From Chromera velia (lineage: Eukaryota), in the NCBI GenBank assembly GCA_018398765.1, contig JAHBMJ010000481.1, positions 1 through 46,587 of the forward strand: DNA of 46,587 bases, read 5' to 3'. This document shows positions 14,290 to 27,377 of the stretch, one piece after another (within the stretch, counting starts at the first letter, position 1; each line of letters begins with the position of its first letter). Both the position numbers and the translations under genes were made by a program. The notes beneath the pieces are model-generated. The model was not told the DNA's origin. It made no database searches and was given only the letters and a program-made list of their open reading frames with translations.

Positions 14290-17200
14290 GGTACCTCTTT
14301 TCTGTCAGACTGAGGTGCTCAAATACCCGCTGCAAACATTATTTAACCGCTTTTCTTTCTATAGACCACCGTTTTCTCAGATAGTTGGGAGAAACAGTGC
14401 TTGCCTATTTCCTTGGTGAGATGAAACCGGGGGTATACAGTATTGTAGATCCCGAACTTTTAATAGAAATGCAGCAGCTTGTAGTTTCTCGAGAGGGGAG
14501 CACTCGGGTTATCTGTGAGAGCCTCTTGGAGGTTTCTTACATTGTCAACAGCTACCTTCGTTTGTTCCTCCGATATGCTGCTCCCGTTTGAGCGTACAAA
14601 TTGAAAATCAAATTTCATATCCCTGTCTCCAACCGTCCCACAATTGCTCCTGCATTTTGTAAGCCTTTCTACTCATTTGTAGAGTGGCTTCACCAATCCT
14701 TTCCCGATGAGAACATAATTTGAGGATGGCTGGTTGCCGCATTCGAGGGGAAAGAAGACCTCTTTGATGCGTGCCTTGGGGCAAGTTGGGGGTCAGTTTG
14801 GGAGAATTTTATCTTTTGACCACTCTCAAATGACTCTTTTGAAAGCAGGGAAAGCAGGGGCTCATCAGTATGCATCGATAGTGAATAAAAGCTTAATCAC
14901 CCTTGTATATGCCCTTGTTCATTCAGTCCGATTGAGCGAGGTCGAACAGATGTTTGTGCAACTGGCAGAAAGGTGGAAGAGGGCGAGAGAGTTGAACAGA
15001 CAGCTGCAAAATGCATAGAGAAGGTTGCAAGCCCCTGCTGTTCGTTCTCTTGACTCAGAAGGTGGGAGAGGAGAGAGAAGGGTAGAAGGAGATGGAGACA
15101 AAGGGATGGGGGGGGGCGGTGTTACTTTAGAAGGAGAGGGCGAGGGAGAAGAGATGGGGGTAGAGAGAGGAAGAGACGAAGCTGCGTTTAGGAGGAGCGA
15201 GGGTAAGGGAGGGGAGAGAAGGGTAGAAGGAGATCCAAACAAAGGGATAGGGGGGGGCAGTGTTGCTTTAGAAGGAGAGGGCGAGGGAGAAGAGATGAGA
15301 GTAGAGAGAGGAAGAGACGAAGCTGCATTTGGCGGGAGCGAGGGTGAGGGAGGGGAGAGAAGGGTGGAAGGAGGTGGAGACTAAAGATGGAGACGAAGAG
15401 ATGGGGGGGGGCGGTGTTGCTTTAGACAGAGAGGGCGAGGGAGAAGAAATGAGGATAGAGAGAGGGGGAGAAGAAGGGTTGGAGGAAAGCAAACTCGCCC
15501 AGGCGTCTGACGATCCCCCTTGCCCCCCTTTAGTAGCAGACGACGACGAAGATCAAGAAGATGTTGAGCCTAAGCTTGCTCAAGTAGGGTATACAAACTG
15601 TGATTGCTGTTCAAGAAGGAGAGAGGAGAGGGATCGCAGCGGGCGACAAGGCACTAGAATCATTCTTCTGTAACAGTTCTAAATCTTGAACCCCCTCATT
15701 TTTGTGCACCTTGATCCATGGCATTGGATAAGACGCTTTCTGGCCGGAGTGTCTCATGTTTCCCACCTTATGGTTGGCCCCTTCCTAAGTGCCCTCTCTC
15801 AAGCCGTTTTAAAAAAAAATGACCGTGACTTTGAAGAGCTTTTGTCTGCTCTCCAGGTTGCATACGGTCTCGATGAGCTAGCAAAAGCAAAGCGGTGGGT
15901 CACCGCTAAGCATATTAATTCTGTTGAGAGTGTGAAGGTTAATTCCCGGTCCCCTTGAGCTGAGACAGCGCGTCTTGCTCGTGAAGCTCATATTTGAGCT
16001 TATCGAAAACGATGAGATAAAACTAGCTGGTGAGAAGTGGGAAAGAATATGGGAGTTGCAGATGGTGCACGGAGACAACGGATGTCTGTCTGACCCCCCC
16101 GGTGTTGAACTGTATATAGAGAAGAGACAGTCCCCAATTAAAGGCCCTGTAAGACTCTCACACCCCATCTCTAAGTGGGACGGATTTTGGGGTAGTAATG
16201 GAAATGATCGAGAGGTCCCATCTTGAGCTGGGCCTTGCTTTAAAGGGCAGCAGCTACAGGGCTGCTCTCGGCAATGCAGTAATGAAGCTTACCGTTCGAT
16301 CATTGCATGATGCAGAGACGCTTGCAGGACAATAGTTTCCCTTCGGGATCTCTTCCAAATGCAGACATTTCCATTTTGAAAACAGCCAACGACCAGTGTG
16401 AGGAGTTATCGGGGAATGAGGTCGATAGTGAGAGAGCAAGAGGAGCTAGATGGAAAAAGATCTACCAACCAGACCTGATGGAAAGACCAGCACTAGTTTG
16501 AAATGCCCTACGCACGTGTGCGTTTGTTGGAGTGGCAGGAAGAGGCGCAGAACGAGGTTGAAGAGCTGGAATCAGCAGAGGGAGGGGGGGTCGATGATTT
16601 GATCACAAAATACACGTCTCTCTCTCAAGTTGCAAGGATTGATACCGATCTGTCTGTGGAAGAAATCATGCACTTGGAAGAAGATCTAAAGGAGAAGAGA
16701 GGAGAAGACAGGGGCAGTGAGCCCATACAAGAGGGTGTGGATTCTAAAGCTGAGAGTGTTACAGCAGAGTGCAGGGGGAGGCGAACAGGAAGGGGGCGAC
16801 GCAACCATTTAAGAGATATGAGACTGTCTTCTGCCAACAATGCATTACGCAGAAAGAAGATGGGAGGGAGAGTGATAAATAAATGTCTTTCATAGTGTGC
16901 AGAGTTTGTGAAGCTTGTAGAGACTCTGGCCACTAAGGGGAAGGATGAACACGTAATTTGGAAAGAATACGAAAAGGTTCAGCTGATCCGAAAGCAATAC
17001 CTGGAGAGACTTGCCCCCCTTTCTCTTTCGAGCACCACCCCGGCTCTGATTAAAATCTTTTTGAATAAAAATAAAGAGAGGACCGCAGTGCAGGAGTGCA
17101 TGAATAACATGTCCATACAAGGTCACGTGGGGCTGGCACATAACAGCTCCTCCATTGCCCGGTCTGTACCTTTTGTGCTGAGTAGAGCAGCTATAGTTGC

Positions 17201-17872
17201 TGACACTTTTCCTTCTGTTCCTCTGCCAAGAAGGGAGGTGGCTCTGCAGGAGGCTTAGCAGGAGGGGGGGGGATTTGAAGAGTAGGCCGGAGGGGGGTTG
17301 ATAGATGGAGAAGATGTTCATATGGAAGATCCTCAACATAGGGAGTCAGACGAAGATGCCTCCCTTGTGCTCCCTCCCCAGTCTCAACATGCAGTGAGGT
17401 TCATGCAGCTGTAGCTGCAGCTTTTTCTGCAAGCTCCTTTGCAGCCACTCCCAACGTTCAGCCTGCAGACACAGGAAATTGTTACAAGAAAACTATGAAA
17501 ATGAATGGCGTTGAAATCATATACGGTGAGCCCATGTCTGCACATAAACGAATTCAAAGTCTCTACTGGTGCACAAAATTCTGGCCAACTAGAAGTGATT
17601 TTGAAATAGCGATTCCAGAATTGAAAAGACAAACAAAAATGAAGAAAGAAATTAAGAAAAAATTGCGATGCCCCCATTGTGAAAAATTGTATGCAGATGC
17701 TCCCCTTCACAACTTTTTTTGCAAAAATGTCATCACGGTGCATTATCATGAAAAGCATAGGAAGTATTCACAGTTCCTCAGAGAAAAAGGTGGAGCGCTT
17801 ATTAAAATGCATGGAAGGAAGGGAAAATGCCCGTCAAAATGGTCGTTAAAACAAAACGTTAATATCATATAA
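14290..17872 (+). pseudogene. Decayed Mutator-like (MULE/NOF-type) DDE transposase with C-terminal Cys/His motif
   Basis: Ordered motifs ILSFDHS, GYTNCDCC, VHLDPWHWIRRF, H.MVGPFLSALSQAV, IWELQMVH..GCLSDPPGVELY, WGSN..ERSH, then CPHC..HYHEKH; many stops and frameshifts; borders approximate. Confidence 0.6.
15050..15485 (+). repeat. Three purine-rich tandem units of about 140 bp within the transposase
   Basis: gggggggcggtgttgctttagaaggagagggcgagggagaaga-like block recurs at about 15110, 15250 and 15405. Confidence 0.85.
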
Positions 17873-19392
17873 AATTGTCATTATCATGCTTATCTATTGT
17901 TCATTAGTTAAATGATTAGTTCTATAGTTAATAGATATAATATTATCAATGTTTTATATTATATTAAAAATTGGATCGCATTATTCGTGTATTAAAAAAA
18001 TTTAATTCCTAAATTACATAAGTCAACTTAGATATTTTTTGAAATAATAATTTGAAGATTTAGTTTTTTACTGTTTCTAAAATGTTAAACTATTTCTGTC
18101 TGACTTTATAAACAGAGTACATGCAGCGTGCTTCGCATGCTTGAACATTCAACGTTTTGTGTCACAACGGTTACTGCGTGCTTCGCGCGCGGTTGTTCCC
18201 CCCCCCTGGGCATTTTTTGTTCCCCAGCCCGCATTTATATACTGTAAATGCACCACTCCCCTTCGATCGCTAGGTAGGTGTGACGTAAGTATAGATTGTG
18301 TATGAGACTGCGCGGTGCGAGCGTAACGAGCGTAAGCAAGCACTTTGCATGATCTTTGCATGCTTTCTGGGACCGCATCAGAAAAGAGCACGCATCTCAG
18401 CCAGAGCAACTGGAATTAGATGTCATATCTGAATTGTAGTAAAGTCAGTCTGACAGCGCAGATATCAACTGATTGAACGATAAAATGATGATGTATGTCT
18501 AGATTGACAGACCTTCCGTCCTGATATTGTGAATATGATGAGCCCTGTGTATGTGTCACAGTAGGTCTCTCATGTGTGTGTCACTGAGGTCTGATTTATG
18601 GGTAGCAGAGCAAGGAGGATACCAGGGGTGATGCTGGGGCTGCATGTGCGTGAAGCCGTCCCGCCGCACCGCCCAAATTGGACCCATAGGGGGGTGCCGG
18701 GTTCGATTCCCTGCAGGATAATTGCATATATGCTATCCCGCCGCCGGCAACCCTCATATACCCCAGGTATACCCGTTTTTCTCCCGACTGCTTTCTCAAT
18801 TGTTTTCACCCTCATACAACAAACATCCAAATGCACACAAGACGAACTCGAACCTGCTGAAGCTTCTCATAAGTACTTACGCAACTGCCTGATGCAGTCT
18901 GTATCGACTCTGACCCGATTTATCGGGTCACCCTGGAATCTGGTCGGCACCCCCCTTCCTCTCTAAAATGTAATTCTGAGTGCAGGTCCTCTGAAGCTAG
19001 ATTTCTGCCTGTCCGTATAAGATGGGTCCACTTGAGTCTACTTAGACATGCAGAGATCAGATTCTACTTCTTCTCTTTATTGGATAGATATGTTTCTCTT
19101 TGCTTGTGCACTGGTGTTTATACGTACGCAGATTATTTGCTTACTGGGCTTCCTCATACTCCTTGGGGTGCGTGCTAATTTCCAGCGACAGCCAGCACGC
19201 AGAAGAGGAGGTGTGCGAGAAGGGAGGGAGGGTAGGCAAGGAGGCGGGAGGAGACTGTCTGGAGTAGGGGCGTTCAATGGTAGGAGTGAGTCCGGAGGGG
19301 TAGAGGCCGACCACAGAGGGGAAGCAGAGGCCCACCGGAGAGAAGACGCAGAGCTAGGGGCATAGGCTGATGGGAGGGAAGGGCTAAAAGAT

Positions 19393-19752
19393 GTGCAAGA
19401 AGCTGATCAAAGGATAGGTACTGAAGAAGAAGAAGAAGAGCAAAGGGGAGGGCAGGGAGGGGAAGATTTTGAGACTGGCAGTCAGTCTGACAGGGTAGTA
19501 AAACTGCTCAAGGCCCCCAGAAGTTTGCACATGGTGGTTGATGAGTACATGTGGGGGGTGAACGGCTTCAAAGCCATCCGAAAGTGGACCCCTGAAAACA
19601 AAAAAGACAATTCCAAAGACCCCCGTCTGGAACGAACTAATGCAGCTTTAGCCGTGAAGTGGCTAAAAAAAGAGGAAAGGCTAACGTACAAAGTCATGTG
19701 CGATAGAGTCTATGATGTTTACGGGCCTGGAATCCCTTTCACCACTGTGTGA
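19393..19752 (+). pseudogene. GCR1_C-like DNA-binding domain remnant (Crypton-associated type)
   Basis: PRSLHMVVDEYMWGVNGFKAIRKWTP...CDRVYDVYG matches the recalled pattern P.SL..LW.EY..G..G.K...FT...DRIY.VYG; no tyrosine recombinase seen. Confidence 0.45.
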
Positions 19753-20905
19753 CACTCATAGCAAAGATGCATGCCGATAATGAGAGAGCGATCATGCCAG
19801 CTCTCCCCCATGGACAGACTAACAACCGTCCTCTCTCCATTCCAATCAAGTCAAGAGGTGTCTGAAGTGGTCATAACAAAGGTGCTACTAAATGGAAATG
19901 TCCAGCAGTGGAGGCAGAGAAGGCAAAAAAACAAACGGGGGGCGGGATGTTGTGATATCTTGCTGGTGGAGGACAGAAAAAACAGAAAATCTCTCCTATT
20001 GCTGCCCCCGCAGACAACAACTCAGAGTCTGTTAGTTATTCCTCTTCTTTTGCATCATCTAGTTTTGCTCTATCCAGTCCTTCTTCCTAACAACGTGAAA
20101 GAAACAACTAACACTTTGATTGTTGAGTAAAAATTTACTAAAATATCAAAAATATAATGACTAATAATTATTGAACAGATTCTCAATATAGCTATGACAC
20201 GCCATCGCTATCCGTATCAAGTTGCGAGTACTTCTACTAACGTTAGGTAATAGAATGTTTGCATTTAATCTTAGAAACGTGGAAGGAAAATAAATAAAAT
20301 GATTTAATATCATACTAGATTCTTTAACTTTATAATCTTACCCTATTTAGATTGTTGGCATGTATATGTCTGTGTATCGATGTCTTACATAGTCTTACAA
20401 AGGCTTTTAATTAAAAACAATTTTCTTTTTAACAATAAAAAGAAACAATTTTTTTCCTGAGATTTTTCTGGGTTTCATCTCTGTGTAATCTAAATGTTTT
20501 CTTATACTTTAATATACTTTTCTTATTCGATCAATGTATAATTCCATATACTATATTGAGTTATTATCATAGTCTTAATATGTTTTAGCTAATTAACCTA
20601 GCCATGTTAGTTTACATGTTTCTTTGTCGCTGCACGGCACCTAAAACATCCCCCCCCCCCCCNCCCGTATAATTCCCCCTCTCCCGGACATGCCGATGGA
20701 AAAAAGCCCGTATTGTTACCCCGGACGTCCTATAGCTACCTATAGCTAATGCCGTGCGTCCCCCCTTTTCCCTCCCCGACGTCCCGATAGAAAAAAGCCC
20801 GTATATGCGAAAATGTGTATTACCGATTGCTTTTCCCGCCACATTTCCCGATTAGCCTGGAAAGCGTAGCTGAGGGGTACTTACAAAGAGTTGAGGTGGG
20901 ACCTA

Positions 20906-23900
20906 CCTCCCTGAACCTAATGTCCACTTGAATGGTGGGGCCACATTTTTAGATAGGCTTAAACGCCCGCGCCGCAGGCGTGGGCGGTATCTTGAAGGCC
21001 CACACCGCAGGCGCAGGCGGTGTCTTGAAAGGCAGCGCCGCAGGCGCGGGCGGTGTCTTAAAAGGCAGCATGCAGCTGCATGCTAAAGAATCACAGCTGT
21101 ATACGTGTCCACCCGTCTCCCGAAGTGCAAGTGTATCTAAACAACCCTGAAGAAAAAAAAATCGACAAGATTGACGGACTTTCAGACTTTTCGTTTAATT
21201 ACCTTACCTCTCAGAGTACCCAACGTGACCCAACAGAAGAAGGATTCACAACATCAGAAGTATTGCCTACAAAGTGTTGGTGGTTGATCTTGCTTTGCCG
21301 GAGTCTAAAAGAAACTGAGACTTGCAGAAGGCTTTCTGGCAGGAAACTCCTTGTGCGACACCCGAACCCCTAACTCCACCCTCGGGGTTACTCCTTCAAC
21401 ATGTTGAAGAAAGACCCCGCTTTCTTGCAGAGCATGTTCAAGGCTCTAAAAAGGCCCCTCAGAAAGGCCGACAAGCGGCAAGAGGTGTACACCAAGCTCA
21501 GAGAAGCAGTCGGCGTGAAGAATGCTGAATCGGTGAGGGAGTTCAATCCCAAAACTCCCGACGATAGATCCCTCGTCGGCCTTTCAGACAGAAGTCAAGC
21601 AAGGGCAGTCGCACGCTGTCTACAGTCCCTTGTCCTGGCCTCACAAGCCCCCACCGCAACAAACAACAACGCCCCCCCTATTTCTAAGGGTGAGAACCCT
21701 GTCTTTGCAAAGGTAAAGGCAGCCACCGGGCCATCTCCTTCCTCCGTCCCCCCCTCTGCTGTTGCCAGCCCTTCAGAGAAAGCTCCGGCCTTCTTCTGCT
21801 ACAACTGCACCCCAACACCCCAGACCTGCAAAACCACAGCCAAAGCAATCACAGCCAATCATGGGTTTTTTTAAGCCTGTGTCGAAGGAAGAGAGTCACG
21901 CGTTGCTGCAGAAGCAAGAGGAAAAAACCATGGAACGAGAAGCAGCGAGGGCAGAAGGGACTCAACAGAGAGGGGAGCCTGGCAACCCGATTGAGTTTCC
22001 CTCTGCAGACGAGATTTTTTCGGAGACGAACATAGAGAAACTAAGGGGATGGTTGATTAACTGTGGGAAGCTCGCAGTCTCCCAGCGTTTCTGCACAGAT
22101 GCTATTCAGGTCAGCAAATTTCCAGCACCGCACTAAAACTGACAGATTTTCAAACACGTTTTTTTTATTCGTTTTCTCTCTCTCCTTTTTGTACCCTGCT
22201 TGCAGGTGCGTCTGATCGATGTTGAGGGTCTTGAGGGTAACAACGACGACGAGAATTCTCCAGCTAGATGAAAACAACTTGAAAGGTAGAGACGGAACCG
22301 TCGGAAAAGAGCAGGAGGAAGGCGACGGCCCTCCAACGAAAAAACAGAAAGTCAGTTCTCCCGGACGCTTTGTTTTTTGAAAGAATGCCCTCTCATTGAC
22401 AGCTCGCAAATCTGCTTCCTTTTTGTAAACATTTTCTTTTCTACCTTCGGATCTCACCGTCTCCTTTCTCACGTTTGACTGAGTCTTTCTGGCATTGATC
22501 CTCCTTCTGTTTGCTCCCTGTACTCTACAGGTGTCTCTCGCTGTCACTTTTTCCAACCCCATCGGCGCCCTGGTGTTCGAAGATGAAATTCCTGAGGGCG
22601 CGATACGACTTTAGGATACGACTTCGACTGAAGAACGCACAGGGAGATGGCAACTGCCTCTACTACTGCTTTGCGTTCCAGTTTCCAGAAGGCACAGCAC
22701 AGATGTACAGGGCCCTTGTGGTAAACAGCATCAGAACTCGTGGGGTTCGCGAGCTGCCGAAGCTAGCACCCGCGTTCGAGCAGGCAGTAGAAGCGATCGC
22801 GCAGGAGATGAACTGATCGGAGACGGAGGCCTACCAAACTCTCCACCTGAAGTTAGACCTTCCACACAACGTAAAGGTTAGTAGGGTGGGGTAGGATTAT
22901 GTGGTACGGTTAAACTTTGAGAGGGAATTCGGAAATTAACTCAATTGACAGTCTGCCCATTTTTTCTCAAAAAGCTAATTGATGGTCTCATTTTTTTCTC
23001 TACCTTTTCTCCTTTTTCCCCCTTCTAATGCAGCCTAAAGACCTGCCTGGGTATATCAAGCAGTTTGTAGACACAGTCCGAAAGATCCATACTGCACGTT
23101 TGGGCCCTTTTATTGAACTCCTCCAACGTAGGGATGGCTGGCCAGTCAGATAGAAGAAAGAGGCGTGCAAGTGTGAGAAGTGTGTGGGAGCCTATCCGAC
23201 GGATGCAAAGTTGGAGCAGGTGATGGAAGAAGAGCGAGCAGCGCTTCGTACTACGCTTAAAGGGTTTGGCATGCACGGTCTGTCTCTTTTCCCCCCTGTC
23301 GAGTCGTTCAGTGACGGCCGTTTTGTACAGTCCCTCGACTCCGTTGTTGACGAGCTTGACTCTGCTGACTGTGCTCACCTCTTTGGTTCAGAGGAGAAAA
23401 GCGGAGAAGAAGAGGAAGAGACCGAGACAGAAGAAAGAGATGATCAGGACAAAATGATCTCGGAAGAATCGCGAGAAGATGACTTTTACACAGATGCGAG
23501 ACAGCAGTGCTCTCCCCACTCAGGAGAAACACTGCAGACAAATTTTGAATATAGATTTTTGTGAACGGTCTCCGCACCTTCCCCCTTTCTTGTGTCTTTA
23601 TCACAACAAGTTGCCTCTCCGCTTGCAGGCTCTGTCCAAGCTTCTTCGTCTTCGAATTTTCTGGCAGCAGCTGGGAAGGAACAGAGTGAGGCCTAGTAGA
23701 GAGAGGCAGAGAGACAAAAGCAACAAAAGAGGCTTGCTCTTTGTCAAGCGCGTGGTCTCAGAGTGCGAGCTCGCCAAACGCAGGTGCAAGCCCGTGAAAT
23801 CTGTAGGTTAAGCAATCTTGCTGATTCTAATTCAGAAGATGAATGAATAGAGATATTATATATGACCATATACTGGCACTAAGCTATGTATGATATAATC

Positions 23901-24139
23901 TAGGATGTAATATTGATATTGTATGATTATATATGATAACATGTACAAAACCTAGGTATAAATAGTATTTTAAAGGCAATATATCAATTTATTTATACGT
24001 TATTATTTTTTAATTATTTTTTTTTTGTTCTTTGAATAAGATTTGCTAGGCCGCAAATTTGAATAGACTTGATTGGCCGCGCCGCAGGCGCGGACGATCT
24101 TAATATTTTTTTTTCAAGTGGACATTAGGTTCAGGGAGG
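20906..24139 (+). mobile_element. 3.2-kb TIR element with TA TSD (Tc1/mariner-like ends)
   Basis: Perfect 27-bp TIR cctccctgaacctaatgtccacttgaa (20906-20932; inverted 24113-24139); TA on both sides; cgccgcaggcg subterminal repeats (three at left, one at right). Confidence 0.88.
21861..23564 (+). pseudogene. Degenerate multi-exon cargo gene with OTU-like cysteine protease motif
   Basis: QGDGNCLYYCFA at about 22640-22675; GT..polypyrimidine-AG intron candidates at about 22110-22205, 22351-22530 and 22877-23033; frames do not join cleanly. Confidence 0.5.
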
Positions 24140-24836
24140 TAGAGGCCTCGGATGTCGACGTATGTGCTGAATCTCCGATGGAAAAACTGCATGACACACG
24201 CAATTTTAACCCCTCACAATTTCATCACTGCCCCGGAAATATCGTTGAGAGGGCACTTAATTAACAAAACTCGAGCACTTCCGACTCCAGTTAATTCCGA
24301 GTCTAAAGTTAATTTCGTTTTCCGGGCCATTCGCACGGAGTGCGTCAGATGTGCGAGACACCGCCCAAATCCGGATTTGCTTAATTAAATACGTACGGCA
24401 GTCGGGATTGGTCGGTACGGACTAGCGCGCTCTACCGAGGGCCCTTCGGACCGCCACCTGCGCGGCGGCGGAGCAGTCGGGAAGCCTTTTCCGACAAGCA
24501 GTCGGTAATAATAATACCCCCCGTGTGGACGCCATGCTTGCTCTAAGCACTCTACTCTTCCGATCCGGCAATTTCCGGCAAGTCAACGACGAATTTCTGC
24601 GTGTCATGTGCTATTAATACCATGCCGTTCAACCCTCCCATTGTATACGTAACACCTCGGATGCATCGATAACCACCTCCCTCCAAATTATCTCGAAGCA
24701 TCACGAGCAGTTTGCCGGAGGAAATTTTTGTGCACCGAAGCGGCAGGCGTCTCTCTCGGAAAGCAAGAGAGTCCCGCTTGAGTCGGCCTTCCGGTTTTTC
24801 CCTTTCTTCTTTCTTTGAGTCTTTTCCAGGGAGGCC

Positions 24837-25430
24837 ATGTGGCTTAGTCGTATTGCACGGGCTGCTGCGAGTGGTGGTCTCCCAGCACCCCTCTCACGGT
24901 GCATTCCCGTGAGTGAGTTTTACATTGGGGGTGCGTTAGATAAATACATTTCTATTCCCAATCTGACCAGACAGCCCCTCTTGAAACGCTGGTGGCAGCA
25001 CTTTTTCATCGTTGAGACAGACAAGACCATATGGACCAATGCCGTGACGATCGGGTTGATTCTGTTCTTCTCTGGTTGGTTGAGTACCCCCCCCATGGAG
25101 AAGCTCGACATGGTGTATCTGAACGGAGAGAAATCCCGAATCCTCAACGCTTGGCACAACGAGGGCAAGCGACCCGCCCTCGCCATGGCCCTCCAAGGGG
25201 GATGGATTCGGTATTTCCTCAGGGGGCTTGATCACCCCTTCTCCTTGAACGAGAAAAAAGACGCGCTGTTCAAAATGAGAGAGAACTACCTCATTGCCAA
25301 GCACCCAGGAGTGCAGTACCCCTTCGTGTTCAGGCACTTCAACAAGGTGCAGACACCAGACGTCCTGGAAGTCCACGTCTACCCCACACCGCAGGCACAC
25401 ACAGACTGGAAAAATGCACCCCACCACTGA
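24837..25430 (+). CDS. Conserved mitochondrial single-TM protein, likely myzozoan complex IV subunit (Cg8/ApiCox23, Cox4-like)
   Basis: Intact 197-aa intronless ORF, gccATG context, GC3-rich codons, Arg/Ala/Ser presequence-like N-terminus, one TM segment (WTNAVTIGLILFFSGWL). The gene itself is well supported; the subunit identity is from memory and less certain. Confidence 0.75.
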   Translation: MWLSRIARAAASGGLPAPLSRCIPVSEFYIGGALDKYISIPNLTRQPLLKRWWQHFFIVETDKTIWTNAVTIGLILFFSGWLSTPPMEKLDMVYLNGEKSRILNAWHNEGKRPALAMALQGGWIRYFLRGLDHPFSLNEKKDALFKMRENYLIAKHPGVQYPFVFRHFNKVQTPDVLEVHVYPTPQAHTDWKNAPHH

Positions 25431-26254
25431 TCGGATGTGCACTCCATCCGTTAGCTGAAGGGGTGTGGGGGGTGAGGGGCCGAGGAGACGAGAGTGGGCG
25501 GAGGAGACGGGAGGCTTTTCGGGTAGTGCCTTCTCCTCCTTTCCTTCTTCTGCACGAGCACTGCAGTGGAGTGATACATTCTCTTGACTTCTCTATCCTG
25601 GCAAGCAGTGCAATGTTCTTTTCCGCCTCCTCCCTTTTCACTCTGGGTGTTCTTGCGGCAGATCGGTTTTTTGTTGTATGCCGCTCGCCCTTCCTCTTTG
25701 TCTGTCTGTCTGTCTCTCTGGTGAGAGAGAAAGCCGACCTCTTTCGGGAGAGATCAAATCGAGCCTTTCTTCCTTCGGCATTTGGCAGAGGAAGCCGTGA
25801 AGACGTGAAGGTGTGGATGAGGGAGGTGACGAGAGTCGGTGAGGTCTTTTCTCATGACAGGGAGAGACAGACACTGTGTATTCAAATAAGCGTGTGATTG
25901 TACGGTCATTTCCTTACCTATCTGCAGCAATTAATTGTATGCTTGGACTGTTTTTACAACGGTTAAGCGTTTTTTGTGTCATGTGTATTCATGCACATGT
26001 CCATGTTTTCCTTTGTTGTGTCTGACCATGCATTTTGTTTCTCTTCTATACACTCTGTTTCTCTTTTTGCAACCTTGTGTGCCAGCGGCCTATGACCCCA
26101 TACATGCACTCCTATCTGCATTCCGCCCCCGTCCACCAGGTGCATTGCGTGGGGGGGAGGGATAGAGCTTCCTTTCGTTCTCTTCACGCATTCATTCCCG
26201 TCTCTCCCCATCTCTCCCTCCGTGGCAGCCTAGATGGAGCGAACCAATAAGTGT

Positions 26255-26705
26255 AGAAGAAATGGAGAAAGAAGATGGAGGATGAAAAGGAGGGAGAGGG
26301 GAAGAAGAAAGAGGAAGAAGAATGCAGCAGGGAAAAGGGCGAAAGAGGATCGAGTGAATCAAGCGACAAAGTTTGGAAGGAATCAAAGGTGAAGACAAAA
26401 TGGGGGAGAAAGGAGGGAAGGAAGAACAAGGGGGGGGAGAGGAGAAGAAAGGACGAAGTTGAGGAAGCAATGAATGAAGGAGGGAGGGAGGGGATGAAGG
26501 AAGAAGGACGAAGGAAAATCGAAGAAAGACACAAAAAGAAAAGAGAGAGAAAGAAAGAATGAAGAAATGAATGCAAGAAGAACAAATGAATGCAAGAAGA
26601 ATGAGAAAGAAAGCAAGTAGAGTAGGTAAGCAAGTAAGAAGGGAAGGAATGAAAGAAAGGGCAAAAAATGGAAAGGACGCGAAAAAAAGAAAGGGCAGGC
26701 AGGCA
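26255..26705. repeat. Polypurine low-complexity tract
   Basis: Almost entirely G/A on the plus strand. Confidence 0.85.
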
Positions 26706-27377
26706 CCAAGCAAGGACAACGACAAGTGAAAAGGGATCTCGCTAAGCACCTTGCTGTTGTGTGCTCGTGCCCTTATGTTCTTCTGACTCTTAATTCTTCT
26801 TGACAGCGTGATTTGGTATACACCCCTAGATACACCCATGCACTTGTTTGTGACTTCACTGATTCATTCATTCCATCATACACTCCTGCCTTCCTGGGCT
26901 CTCCCTCTCTCCCCTGCCCCCCCCTCTCCCCTGTGGGCCCCTCCCTTCTATCTGGCTGTCTGATTTCTGCTTTTTCCCCACGTCTTGAGTCTGGATGCCT
27001 CTTTAAAGTGTTTTTGAAAATCTAGTTAGAAATTTTATTTATATCTGGCTAGGCATCTGGCAAATATCCTAGCAAATATCTGGCAATTAATAAAGTTTAT
27101 CACAAATTATCAATTATCAACTATTACTAAAATCCAGACCGAGCTAGAGACCGAGATCATCCTAGGTCCAGAATTGTAAGTAAATCAAAGTCTCGTTTAA
27201 GTTAGCGTTTGAGGGACTCAGAGTAGCAGAGTGTAAGTAAAGATTTTAGGGGGAAAGGTCTATAAATAGCTAGGCCCTGCACTCCATAAATTAAAAAAAA
27301 AAAAAGAAAAAAAAGAAAGTTTCTGATCTTTTTAATTTTTATTTATTTATTTATCAACTAAAAGTCTAAAAAGTATA

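Noticed and set aside
20640..20859. Possible hAT right end (ccgattagcctg) with a duplicated subterminal motif
   Set aside because: No matching left TIR or TSD found in the window
26184..26839. Hydrophobic and K/E-rich ORFs
   Set aside because: Products of a polypurine low-complexity tract
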